From Octopus bimaculoides (taxonomy: Eukaryota), in the NCBI RefSeq assembly GCF_001194135.2, contig NC_068992.1, positions 4,132,046 through 4,169,513 on the forward strand: 37,468 nucleotides of DNA, read 5' to 3'. Each line of letters begins with the position of its first letter. Position 1 is the stretch's first letter. Below, piece after piece: positions 1 to 10,590 of this stretch. The notes under the pieces are model-generated. The model did no database searches. It had not been told where the DNA came from and worked only from the letters and a program-made list of their open reading frames with translations. The position numbers were made by a program, and so were the translations under genes.

Positions 1-90
<90 letters not shown>

Positions 91-107
91 TTCTTCTTCT
101 TCTTCTT

Positions 108-138
<31 letters not shown>

Positions 139-179
139 TTATTATTATTATTATTATTATCATCATCATTATTATTATT
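1..179. repeat. Compound trinucleotide microsatellite (TAA)17-(TTA)12-(TTC)n-(TTA)n
   Basis: Read directly from the sequence. Confidence 0.97.
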
Positions 180-616
180 AATCTGTTTTTGCTTTTACCA
201 ATCTGATCGGTATCAGCTTTTTTAGACTATATTTTTCGTACTTCCCTGCAGCTTACATGGTCGTAAAAATCACGGATACCGTTACAGACTTACTTTTGAA
301 TAATTCATATTATTCCTAAACTATCTTATAAGATCTTGTGTGATGTCTGAGATTTTTACATAAACATTACGAAAAATTCTTGTTCATTGAGTTCTAGAAT
401 TATGGTATCAAGAGAAATTACCGAGGGTCTTTTTTTACACTCTGTAGCTATTCCATTGTAGTTGTGAGTGAATGAATTAACGCTGTTTTTATGAATTGAA
501 TACTTTCTGTGTTTCAAAAGCAGAGTCTCTTATGCACATGAGTGTGTAGACAAACTCATACAGAAGAGGTAGATACAGGCATACGTAAACACACAGTTGC
601 TCACTCACATGCACAC

Positions 617-1048
<432 letters not shown>

Positions 1049-1139
1049 AATGAATGAAAACAGCTGTTCGTAATGTTGAATATGGTGAATATATATACTC
1101 TGATAGGTGAAGTAGCTAGGAATTAATCGAACGAGGTGG

Positions 1140-1191
1140 CCTTACTGAAGATGGCTACGAAAATAGCCGATACTAGCCGGTCAGTCTTAGG
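1140..1191 (+). ncRNA. Type I hammerhead ribozyme-like motif, slightly degenerate (Penelope/retrozyme style)
   Basis: Elements in order: stem I 5' CCTTA (1140-44); core CTGAAGA (1145-51); extra T; stem II GGCTA-cgaaaa-TAGCC (1153-68); GATA in place of GAAA (1169-72); near-palindromic stem III ACTAGCCGGTCAGT; cleavage triplet GTC (1184-86); stem I 3' TTAGG (4 of 5 pairs). Order and spacing match a minimal type I hammerhead. Confidence 0.6.
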
Positions 1192-1954
1192 AATTCCCGG
1201 TCGGAGTTCGGGGCGATTGTAGCCCCTAACAGAGTATATGTTACCTGCTTTGTAACAGTACTGGAACATTTTAGGTCCTATTTCTAGCAATGTAGGTGAG
1301 GTATGTTTGTATATGTATATATATATCTGTGTGTGATAATAAAAGCGTATGACACCAGACACAATAATATATATATATATAAATATATNNNNNNNNNNNN
1401 NNNNNNNNNNNNNNNNNNNNNNNNNNNNNNNNNNNNNNNNNNNNNNNNNNNNNNNNNNNNNNNNNNNNNNNNNNNNNNNNNNNNNNNNNNNNNNNNNNNN
1501 NNNNNNNNNNNNNNNNNNNNNNNNNNNNNNNNNNNNNNNNNNNNNNNNNNNNNNNNNNNNNNNNNNNNNNNNNNNNNNNNNNNNNNNNNNNNNNNNNNNN
1601 NNNNNNNNNNNNNNNNNNNNNNNNNNNNNNNNNNNNNNNNNNNNNNNNNNNNNNNNNNNNNNNNNNNNNNNNNNNNNNNNNNNNNNNNNNNNNNNNNNNN
1701 NNNNNNNNNNNNNNNNNNNNNNNNNNNNNNNNNNNNNNNNNNNNNNNNNNNNNNNNNNNNNNNNNNNNNNNNNNNNNNNNNNNNNNNNNNNNNNNNNNNN
1801 NNNNNNNNNNNNNNNNNNNNNNNNNNNNNNNNNNNNNNNNNNNNNNNNNNNNNNNNNNNNNNNNNNNNNNNNNNNNNNNNNNNNNNNNNNNNNNNNNNNN
1901 NNNNNNNNNNNNNNNNNNNNNNNNNNNNNNNNNNNNNNNNNNNNNNNNNNNNNN

Positions 1955-1992
<38 letters not shown>

Positions 1993-2607
1993 GGCATATA
2001 AGCAATTACTTCTATACATTTATGTGTCAGGAAGTAGAGAGAGAAAGAGGAAGAGGGATAGTGAGAGTGAGTGAGAAAGTGAGGGAGAGAGAGAGAGATG
2101 ATAGAATATAAGATTCTTGGTGAGTTAAAAGTGTGTTCCAATCCAACTGCAACTGGTATCAAATTTATTCAAGACATTTTCATTTTGCTATGTTCATTTA
2201 GTAGTTATCAGTTTTCTAGATTTTCCAAAATGATATATCTTTATATCCATGTTAACTAAGCAGAACATCATTACGTTCTCTATTCATATATCATAAATTC
2301 CTCAATAAGCTTTAATCCATTTTGATCGGAAAGCACTCATATCTTCACATATTTCAACATATCCCCCCACCCAAATGTTCTATTTTTAACGATGTTTGGA
2401 ATTTGTTTTCTTAGAAAAACCCTGATGGCAATAGGAGCTTAAGTTACTATCAGGTTATTTTAAAACGTTCTGGGATAGCCCTTTTCATAATATGCTCCAT
2501 ATTTTCACCACAAAGTCGTTATTTGATAAGGGGCTAGACATATCTAACTCATCAGGGTTTACGTCGATGTTTTGCTCTTACATAATTATCAGCAAGTTCA
2601 TCATAGC

Positions 2608-2646
<39 letters not shown>

Positions 2647-2703
2647 GCGCACGATCGCACACACACACACACACACGCGCAAACGTACACATGNNNNNNN
2701 NNN

Positions 2704-2806
2704 CTTTTGCCCTTTTGCTCGACGTGTGGTTTCCGTCTGATTTGTTGGTCACGCTAGATTATTGCATCCCACAGGATTTTGTAATCTTCATTCTCAGTAA
2801 CTCAGG
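2704..2806 (-). mobile_element. Decayed fragment of an RLE-type (R4/Dong-like) non-LTR retrotransposon, region just before the endonuclease
   Basis: Minus frame reads VTENEDYKILWDAII*RDQQIRRKP, which aligns with IIENDNAKDLWDFMIQCDYEIENRKS at about 4450-4535. Contains an in-frame stop. Confidence 0.7.
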
Positions 2807-2833
2807 TAAGAATGATAACTTCTTTTCTTTTCA

Positions 2834-2881
2834 ACGTGGTTGTGAAACAAGCTTCTTAACCACACAGCAACGCTTGCACCT
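2834..2881 (-). mobile_element. SINE family A head fragment
   Basis: caagcttcttaaccacacagcaacgc is the reverse complement of the head gcgtggctgtgtggtaagaagcttg seen at 5538. Confidence 0.7.
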
Positions 2882-3317
2882 GTATATTCCTTTCCTTTCT
2901 TTTCCTATTTTTACCTTTGATTTTTAATATCTTCCACCATTCGCAAATCACGTGTTTATACTAGGATAAGTTAAGACATCCATTTAATGTAAGATTTAAT
3001 ACGTGTATTAAGGTATAATGTAAATAATTTGAATGGTAAACGCCCAGAATGAGCTAGCTTCACTATGAGACTCATTTCCCCCGTCATTTCTGTTGGCACA
3101 GGTACCCCTTCCTCGGGTTATGCAATATCGTCTACAGAAATAATTTGTTGACAATTCTCCGTATTGCAGTGGCTGTGACGATCTTAAAATAAAGATGTCA
3201 AAAATCAAGAATTTATTAAAAACATCTCAATTCTAGAAGAAACCTGTCGTGGAAACTGTCTAGCCAAATTAACGATTTCAATGTTTGGAATATGCCAGCA
3301 ATTCTAAAAAAGATTAA

Positions 3318-3450
3318 TTAGTCATCACAACAAGTACGTCATTTTATCGACTCGGCAATAATGAAAAGTAGGGTTGACTTCAAGGGGATTTCAACTGAGA
3401 ACGTAAAGAACCGGAGGAAATATTATAACTTTTTCCGACGCTCTGACAGT
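3318..3450 (-). mobile_element. Degenerate SINE family B
   Basis: ttttatcgactcggcaataatgaaaagtagggttgacttc...tttcaactgagaacgtaaag aligns to the intact copy at 32037-32249. Confidence 0.6.
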
Positions 3451-4042
3451 TTTGTCATCACACCGCCTCCATTATGACGAGAAGTAATTGTATGACATAA
3501 AAACACCCACGCATGCATATAAAGATATCTTTAAATGTCAATTTACAGAGGTTACATTCTACCCATTTGTCTAGTGTTATCATTCTATTAAGAATCATGT
3601 TATGGTTTTGATAAACATTAAGATGTCTGCAAAGCTGTCTCTTTGCACATATTTTTTAAAACAGTTTTTAAAAGCTTTTAACGATTCATTTCAAGAAAGT
3701 TTCCTCTGTATCAAACTTTTGAAAATGATCTCATTTTGCTTCGTCATGTTTCTTTATTCATTTACATTTTTAAAAAATCNNNNNNNNNNNNNNNNNNNNN
3801 NNNNNNNNNNNNNNNNNNNNNNNNNNNNNNNNNNNNNNNNNNNNNNNNNNNNNNNNNNNNNNNNNNNNNNNNNNNNNNNNNNNNNNNNNNNNNNNNNNNN
3901 NNNNNNNNNNNNNNNNNNNNNNNNNNNNNNNNNNNNNNNNNNNNNNNNNNNNNNNNNNNNNNNNNNNNNNNNNNNNNNNNNNNNNNNNNNNNNNNNNNNN
4001 NNNNNNNNNNNNNNNNNNNNNNNNNNNNNNNNNNNNNNNNNN

Positions 4043-4092
<50 letters not shown>

Positions 4093-4537
4093 TTATTGTC
4101 TTTGCACAGCTTCTAACGCTGGAGATGTACTATGGTGTCAGCTGTCCACTACCAGTGAACTAAGGTAACACCCATTATTTTTCGAGTGCTGTTTTCTGCA
4201 AGTGCTCCACCCTTATTGCAGCCCCTATTTATTCCACGTAATTCTCGAGATTTTTGGTCAATGCTACCAGGGCTCCGACAATTATTGGTACTACTGCTAC
4301 CTATTTCATCAACCACAACTGCTTAACCTCCCAAGCTAATCTGTCATATCTCACGACTTCTCTTTCTTCCTTATCGCATACCTTGTTGTCAGCTGGGCAT
4401 GCTATATCTATGATCCAGCATCGTTTGCTTTCTTTCTCAATTAAGACTATGTCTGACTTCCTATTCTCTATCTCATAGTCACACTGAATCATAAAATCCC
4501 ACAGGTCCTTTGCATTATCATTTTCGATGATGCCTCC
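4043..4537 (-). mobile_element. 3' end of an RLE-type (R4/Dong-like) LINE: restriction-like endonuclease domain plus (AAT)n tail
   Basis: Minus translation: IIENDNAKDLWDFMIQCDYEIENRKSDIVLIEKESKRCWIIDIACPADNKVCDKEEREVVRYDRLAWEVKQLWLMK*VAVVPIIVGALVALTKNLENYVE*IGAAIRVEHLQKTAL. It carries the R(K)xD...DIA endonuclease motif and the typical VVPIIVGALG / LQKTAL C-terminus, and ends in (TTA)n at 4043-4093. Stops show it is dead. Confidence 0.88.
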
Positions 4538-4630
4538 GATAAATAAGTACCAGTTGCATACTGAGATCGATGTAATCAACTTACTCTTTCCTCCAAACTT
4601 GCTGGCCTTGTGCCAAAATTTGGAATCAAT
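4538..4630 (+). mobile_element. SINE family B 3' half
   Basis: gataaataagtaccagttg...gatcgatgtaatc...ggccttgtgccaaaatttgg; same family as 32037-32249 but in the opposite orientation. Confidence 0.7.
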
Positions 4631-4639
4631 ATTTCCTGT

Positions 4640-5440
4640 TATTTGTGTATATTTTCATTTGTCCATTTCATTAATTTCCAAGTATTTGTAAGTTTGTCTT
4701 TGGTCTATTTCTTTTTCTGTTTTATTTTCATTTATTTAAATAGCAATAATGGTCTTTAATAATAAGCTATCTCTTAAGGCTGTCTTGGAGTATTTTCTCT
4801 TTTTTTATGTAAATACCATACGATTTCCTCTGATCAATTTGCGTACTGCATGTCATAGACCTTTCAACTGTTAACCATTTGTAGCATATAAGCTGAGATC
4901 ATCCGTATATTAAAATTGGTTGACTGACCGCTCGTAACATTTCCATACCAATCTAGTCTGGTTTAAAATGTTAACCAACGGTGTTAACGTCAGCCAGAAA
5001 CAAAGTGAATAGAGAATGATATTTTGGAATATTCCTTAACTAACAGCGATCAGATTTATTTGTATAATTCCTTATCTTGTCTGTTTCTCTAGAATTGCAT
5101 GTCATTTACTCCTGGAATGTTTAATGTGCCTGTTTATTATGCTGATATCTTATTCAAATTTCCAGGATTTACATGTAAAGTAAACACTGTCAAAAACCTT
5201 CTGGTAATCAGTCGCCTCAATGCTTAAACCCGTTTGTCTCTTTTTGCCGTATTTAGTTAAAGCTTAGTTGATAAGTTATTGACCTAACTGCAAATAAGAA
5301 TTTTATTTTTTGTTTATTTTCAGATGTCCTCTGCGATACTGTTGCAGTTAATATTTTGCAAGCGTTACAAAAGCAGGCTAATGGTCTGTAGCTTCTAGGA
5401 CTTGTTAGTTCTTTAATCTTAGAGCTTAAGACGGTATTTC
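4640..5440 (-). mobile_element. Heavily decayed reverse transcriptase of an RLE-type LINE
   Basis: Collinear RT motifs on the minus strand: SYRPLACFCNACKILT (about 5346-5393), DYQKVFDSV (5183-5209), YTDDLSLY (YTDD at 4898-4909), KEIDQRQTYKYL (about 4680-4720). Frameshifts, stops and deletions lie between them. Confidence 0.8.
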
Positions 5441-5536
5441 TCATTATATTAAGATGATGAAAACAACACCAGTTAGGTGTTATTTTCCGTTACATGAAAT
5501 CTAAGAACACAGGACGTACAAACCTCAACATTATCA

Positions 5537-5695
5537 GGCGTGGCTGTGTGGTAAGAAGCTTGCTTCCTAACTATGTAGTCTTCGGTTCAGTCACACTGCG
5601 CAAAACCTTTGAGCAAATATCCTCTACTATAACGCCGAATCGACTAAAACCTTGCAAGCAGATTAGGTGGACGGAAACTGAAAGAATTCCGTTGT
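5537..5695 (+). mobile_element. SINE family A (tRNA-like head plus core), followed by (TATG)n/(TATC)n/(TACA)n
   Basis: ggcgtggctgtgtggtaagaagcttgcttcc...ggttcagtc...gacggaaactgaaagaa. A-box-like and B-box-like segments are present, and paralogues occur at 7100, 10472 and 26820. Confidence 0.85.
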
Positions 5696-5835
5696 ATGTA
5701 TGTATGTATGTATGTATGTATGTATGTATGTATCTATCTATCTATCTATCTATACATACATACATACATACATACATACATACATGAACATACATGGATA
5801 CATACATACACATATCCAAATTTCCAATTTCCTAA

Positions 5836-5957
5836 AGGTTGACTTTGTCTTTTAACCTTTCGGGATCGATAAAATAAGTACCACCTGAGCCCTGGGGTCA
5901 ATGTAATTGACTAGCCCCTCCCATCAAATTTCAGGTGTTGTGCCTATAGTAGAAAGG
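5836..5957 (+). mobile_element. SINE family B, 5'-truncated
   Basis: ttgactttgtcttttaacctttcgggatcgataaaataagtacc...tgtgcctatagtagaaagg. Confidence 0.8.
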
Positions 5958-6223
5958 CGTATGAGCTGTGGGAAGAAATTTACCTGGGGGTAGGTGTGGG
6001 TATTACATTACTTATATGAGACAATAAAGCATGCAATTTCATTAATCACAGAATGCATTATTTTTACATCTATTCCTCAGCAACTTCATAATTACTTTCG
6101 GTTTCATTAATTGTGATTTAATCGATTCTTGAATATTTTCCAAATAGTCAATTAGCATCCAACAGTTAGACCATCTCCAGTGATCTCCGTTGAGCGTCTT
6201 GCGAGATGTTCCTCGCTAAATGC

Positions 6224-6309
6224 CTTCTTCTTCTTCTTCTTCTTCTTCTTCTTCTTCTTCTTCTTCTTCTTCTTCTTCTTCTTCTTCTTCTTCTTCTTCT
6301 TCTTCTTCT
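6224..6309. repeat. (TTC)n microsatellite running into an N-gap
   Basis: Read directly from the sequence. Confidence 0.95.
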
Positions 6310-7099
6310 NNNNNNNNNNNNNNNNNNNNNNNNNNNNNNNNNNNNNNNNNNNNNNNNNNNNNNNNNNNNNNNNNNNNNNNNNNNNNNNNNNNNNNNNNNN
6401 NNNNNNNNNNNNNNNNNNNNNNNNNNNNNNNNNNNNNNNNNNNNNNNNNNNNNNNNNNNNNNNNNNNNNNNNNNNNNNNNNNNNNNNNNNNNNNNNNNNN
6501 NNNNNNNNNNNNNNNNNNNNNNNNNNNNNNNNNNNNNNNNNNNNNNNNNNNNNNNNNNNNNNNNNNNNNNNNNNNNNNNNNNNNNNNNNNNNNNNNNNNN
6601 NNNNNNNNNNNNNNNNNNNNNNNNNNNNNNNNNNNNNNNNNNNNNNNNNNACCACCATGCGACTGCCGTCCTCCTGGAGCACCACCGTGAATAGTCAAAA
6701 TATTTTTTCGTATACACCATGTGTTTATCTATTACGTTTTATCAAGTAAAGTTCCTTGGATTTTCTTTAACTCCCTCAAGTTTGGAACTTAATGATGAGC
6801 TAGAATTCTCATAGACTTATTTGTTATTAGTTCTTTATTATTAATGTGATGAGATAATTGATATCCAAGATTCAGCATCATGTAAAGCTACGTGTAAACG
6901 AATACTTGTAATCAACTTCACTTATCTTCAATTGTCACCTGCTTTCACCTCTGGTCGGTGAAGTGGCATGGCAATAATTAAGTATGGATGACAACAGGTA
7001 AACGAACGCATTTACAATGTACATCACCGACTATTATATAACATAAGAAAATTTAGTCCAAATTCATTCTATAGTAATATTTTCATTATATCTATACAG

Positions 7100-7235
7100 G
7101 CGTGGCTTCCCAACCACATGGTTCTGTGTTCCGTCCACTGCGTGGTACCTTGAGCAGGTGTCCTTTGCCATAACGTCGGGCCGACCAAAGCCTTGTGAGT
7201 GGATTTGGTAGACGGAAACTAAAAGAAAATCGACG
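7100..7235 (+). mobile_element. SINE family A with a deletion in the head
   Basis: ggcgtggcttcccaaccacatggttc...gggccgaccaaagccttgtgagtggatttggtagacggaaact. Confidence 0.85.
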
Positions 7236-7289
7236 GTAAATGTTGCAATTCTGTAAAAGAAAAAAACTACATCGTTAATGTCAGTAAGA

Positions 7290-8185
7290 TTAATGATGTG
7301 TGCTTTTATATTGTACACGTTCTTATATACTTAAGCGTAGAATAGCTTTGCTGCACTGTCTCGGAAAAGTACTTTGAATGTGCATGAAGATACACCAAGT
7401 TGGGCTATGAATAATATCATCGGACCGCATGAAACGTGTTTTTGCATCGTTGCGCCTTATCAACAAGACGCACAAAATCCATTTATCAAATCCTACTTTG
7501 AATTGCTCTTCTGAAATATAGATACTGAATAATAATTTTTCTGGCGTGTGCAAAGCGTAGTCAAGCTGGAATATATAAATTAAAGACGGTCTAAGTAGCA
7601 GTGATTAAAATAAAACTGTGTAGATTTATATTTAGCACGTTCGTGTGCCTTTCGACGAAGAAAAATCTTCACTGTGGTAGCTACCTCGGAAAAGAAGTTC
7701 TCACTCTAAACAATGTGTGTGAAAATACATTACTAGACTCTGAATGAAACCATAAGACTGTAGGACAAGTGATTTTGCGTCATTACGATCCATTAGCTAC
7801 AGACATATTGAATCTTGTCGTTTATAGCGCTCCAAGAACGGACGAGCTTATATAAAAAACATTAAATGAAAACTTTGTTGTCGTGTACATAGCTGTTTAT
7901 TTGGATTTAATTAAAAGCACATTGAGCTACGATAATTAAAATAGAGTTGTGTACATTTACATTTAACATGTCCGTGTACAATTTCAAGATCTTCTGTGCA
8001 GTAACTGTCTCGGAAGTGACACTCTCTTGTAAACAATGCGGGAAAACACACCGAGCTGGGTCACGAATGTCAATATGGTACTGCTGGATACTTGTTTTTA
8101 CCTCACTAACCTTCAACCCTTTAGTTTTGTTCTTGTTTTTAACTCACTTTCAGACATTGTGCTATGTTCACAAGAAATATAGTTA
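7290..8185. repeat. Cryptic diverged tandem repeat, three units of about 320-333 bp, origin unknown
   Basis: Anchors recur at regular spacing: tgtgt...ttta.att at 7297/7617/7948, ctcggaa at 7360/7685/8009, and an ungapped block at 7403/7736/8059. Hand counts: 36/52 identity for unit 1 vs 2 in that block; 26/33 for 7617 vs 7948. Confidence 0.8.
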
Positions 8186-8518
8186 TTCCTGCGATAAAAT
8201 TATCAAAAACAAGTTTTCTCAAATAGGTTTTTGCTGGTAGATCATTTTAAGTCAAACACACCCGTTATGTTGGCATCAAGTATTACGTCATTGTGCGTGT
8301 TTCGCTTTCAACTGAGAACAGAACAAGACGTCAAAAAAACGTTAACAAAATGAGAAACGAGAGCATAAACACAAAAACATAGAAAACGAACTTTGTTTTC
8401 GAACAACGAAAGAAACAAATACATATTTTTAATTAAATTAATGTTTATATATTAAATAGGGATATGGTTCACTCTGTATAACATGTATGGAGTTAGTCTA
8501 TTTACAAAGTACTAGAAA

Positions 8519-8626
8519 AAGTACTAGGCTTAAAAAATAAGTCCTATGGGCGATTTGCTCGACTAAAACCCTTCAAGGTGGTACTCCAGCATGGCTGTAG
8601 TCAACTGACTGAAACAAGTTGAAGAG
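8519..8626 (+). mobile_element. SINE family A 3' tail module
   Basis: aagtactaggctt...ataagtcc...cgatttgctcgactaaaacccttcaaggtggtactccagcatggctgtagtc...gactgaaacaag. Confidence 0.8.
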
Positions 8627-9451
8627 TAGAAGAATAAATTATTTACTTTTACATAGATGTGTGCGTGTGTGTGTATGTGTGTATTTTTCTTTCGTGGAAT
8701 TGTGGATCTCGAATCAAATAAAGGTAATTGCGGGTAAATATTGGACAGAAAAGCCTAATACTTCAACGCTGTTATTTTATTATTCATAGCTTTATTAGAT
8801 TCGCGTTTCAACGTCCCCAAAGTGAATTATTTCACATTCTCAAAGTTTCAAAATCGTTATGACGTCAGCATTTCATACAGGATGTGGAAAAAATTCGATA
8901 ACTGTCTACATGCGTGTTTGCATGCATGTATGCACAAATGCGTATAACTTACTGACTCCCTCCATAAGCATGCAATATTCTTCATATGTAGAGATGAATA
9001 CAGAGATCTACATCAGTTTTCGGGCCGTCGTTATCATTCTTACTATCTTCAGCAAATGTACGCCGCCATGCAATCATTTCGTTCAGCATCTTCCCGGCCG
9101 CCATCATCTTCAAAGATGGGAGATATGAATTTGAAATATATTCTGTTATTATTACATGCGGTTATGAATTCATATGCTTCGGATGTATATATTAATATAT
9201 TGCTATTTAATTACACACGCGGCCATAGCTGACTATTTGAGCATAGCTCCTATTTTTATATACTTTCAATGTAAATATGCATTAAATTACATGATATATT
9301 ACAGTTAAATATTCATTTCAATGCACAGTGTAAAACAACGTGAATTTCAATACATAGACGTCATTCTGCATGTATTCACACTGGCAAACACGTGCGCATG
9401 CGCACATATGCCCACACACTCACTCATATACACACATATAAATTTGTATAT

Positions 9452-9588
9452 TCTTTTATTTGTTTCAGTCATTTGACTGCGGCCACGCTGGAGCACCACC
9501 TTTAGTCGAACAAATCGACTCCAGGACTTATTCTTGCCCCTTCCCTCCAAGATTTCAGGCCTTGTGCCAAAATTTGAAACCAATATAT
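9452..9588. mobile_element. Composite: family A tail (minus) fused to family B tail (plus)
   Basis: ttgtttcagtcatttgactgcggccacgctggagcaccacc...ggacttattctt is followed directly by cccttccctccaagatttcaggccttgtgccaaaatttgaaacc. Confidence 0.75.
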
Positions 9589-10471
9589 TGTGTAGAGCAT
9601 GTTGGTTATATGAACACGATTCTCTTTCTCGCCACAGCATTTGAGCCTGTTCGATTTTCGGGTGTGACGTGTTTGCTATCTGTTTTTGTGTTGCTTTTAT
9701 ATTTATTGCAGTGCAGACCTTCCCTTATTTGAGGCTTCCGTTTCGAAAGGCTTGTTTCTAGTTTAGTTTTATTGGGATATTCCCAATCGTTGTCGTCACT
9801 TCTTTTGTTGTTCTATTCTCAAGTCTCTGAACGCGGAAAGCGCATATAACCGTTCAAAAGTTTATTACCGCTAACTGCGAAGAACAGGTTTACCAAGTTT
9901 CAGCCATTGGAGAGCGACCCTGTTCAGTCACCACAAATCAATCCGCGTACTTATACTTATATTTTTTTAATATAAACCTGGTCCTTATTCTNNNNNNNNN
10001 NNNNNNNNNNNNNNNNNNNNNNNNNNNNNNNNNNNNNNNNNNNNNNNNNNNNNNNNNNNNNNNNNNNNNNNNNNNNNNNNNNNNNNNNNNNNNNNNNNNN
10101 NNNNNNNNNNNNNNNNNNNNNNNNNNNNNNNNNNNNNNNNNNNNNNNNNNNNNNNNNNNNNNNNNNNNNNNNNNNNNNNNNNNNNNNNNNNNNNNNNNNN
10201 NNNNNNNNNNNNNNNNNNNNNNNNNNNNNNNNNNNNNNNNNNNNNNNNNNNNNNNNNNNNNNNNNNNNNNNNNNNNNNNNNNNNNNNNNNNNNNNNNNNN
10301 NNNNNNNNNNNNNNNNNNNNNNNNNNNNNNNNNNNNNNNNNNNNNNNNNNNNNNNNNNNNNNNNNNNNNNNNNNNNNNNNNNNNNNNNNNNNNNNNNNNN
10401 NNNNNNNNNNNNNNNNNNNNNNNNNNNNNNNNNNNNNNNNNNNNNNNNTATATATATATATATATATATAT

Positions 10472-10590
10472 GCGACAGGGTTCTTTCAATTTCCGTCTGT
10501 CGAATCCAGTCACAAGGTTTTGGAGGTCACTTGGCCACTTGCCCAATGTACCATCGAGTGGGATAGAACTCGGAAATATTTGGTTGGGGA
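10472..10590 (-). mobile_element. SINE family A
   Basis: ctttcaatttccgtctgtcgaatccagtcacaaggtttt...cacttgcccaatgtacc is the reverse complement of the 7100-7235 core. Confidence 0.75.

Noticed and set aside
2500-2600. Minus-strand CTGATGA plus a GTTAGA-tatg-TCTAGC hairpin, and a nearby near-palindrome ACATCGACGT, as a hammerhead
   Set aside because: No GAAA follows the stem, and no consistent stem I can be built in any topology.
2704-2810. Plus-strand exon candidate LLLDVWFPSDLLVTLDYCIPQDFVIFILSNS with a GTAAGA donor
   Set aside because: Better explained as the antisense of the LINE fragment on the minus strand.
3008-3208. Short open frames on both strands (minus SQPLQYGELSTNYFCRR...; plus YPFLGLCNIVYRNN...)
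   Set aside because: No recognisable homology and no convincing acceptor/donor pair.
6790-6870. ATGATGA / GTGATGA box C-like motifs
   Set aside because: No CTGA box D at snoRNA distance and no terminal stem.
7297-8116. Tandem units as a repeated protein domain
   Set aside because: Frames are not preserved between units, conserved positions include stops, and the unit 2 vs 3 mismatches in the main block show no codon bias.
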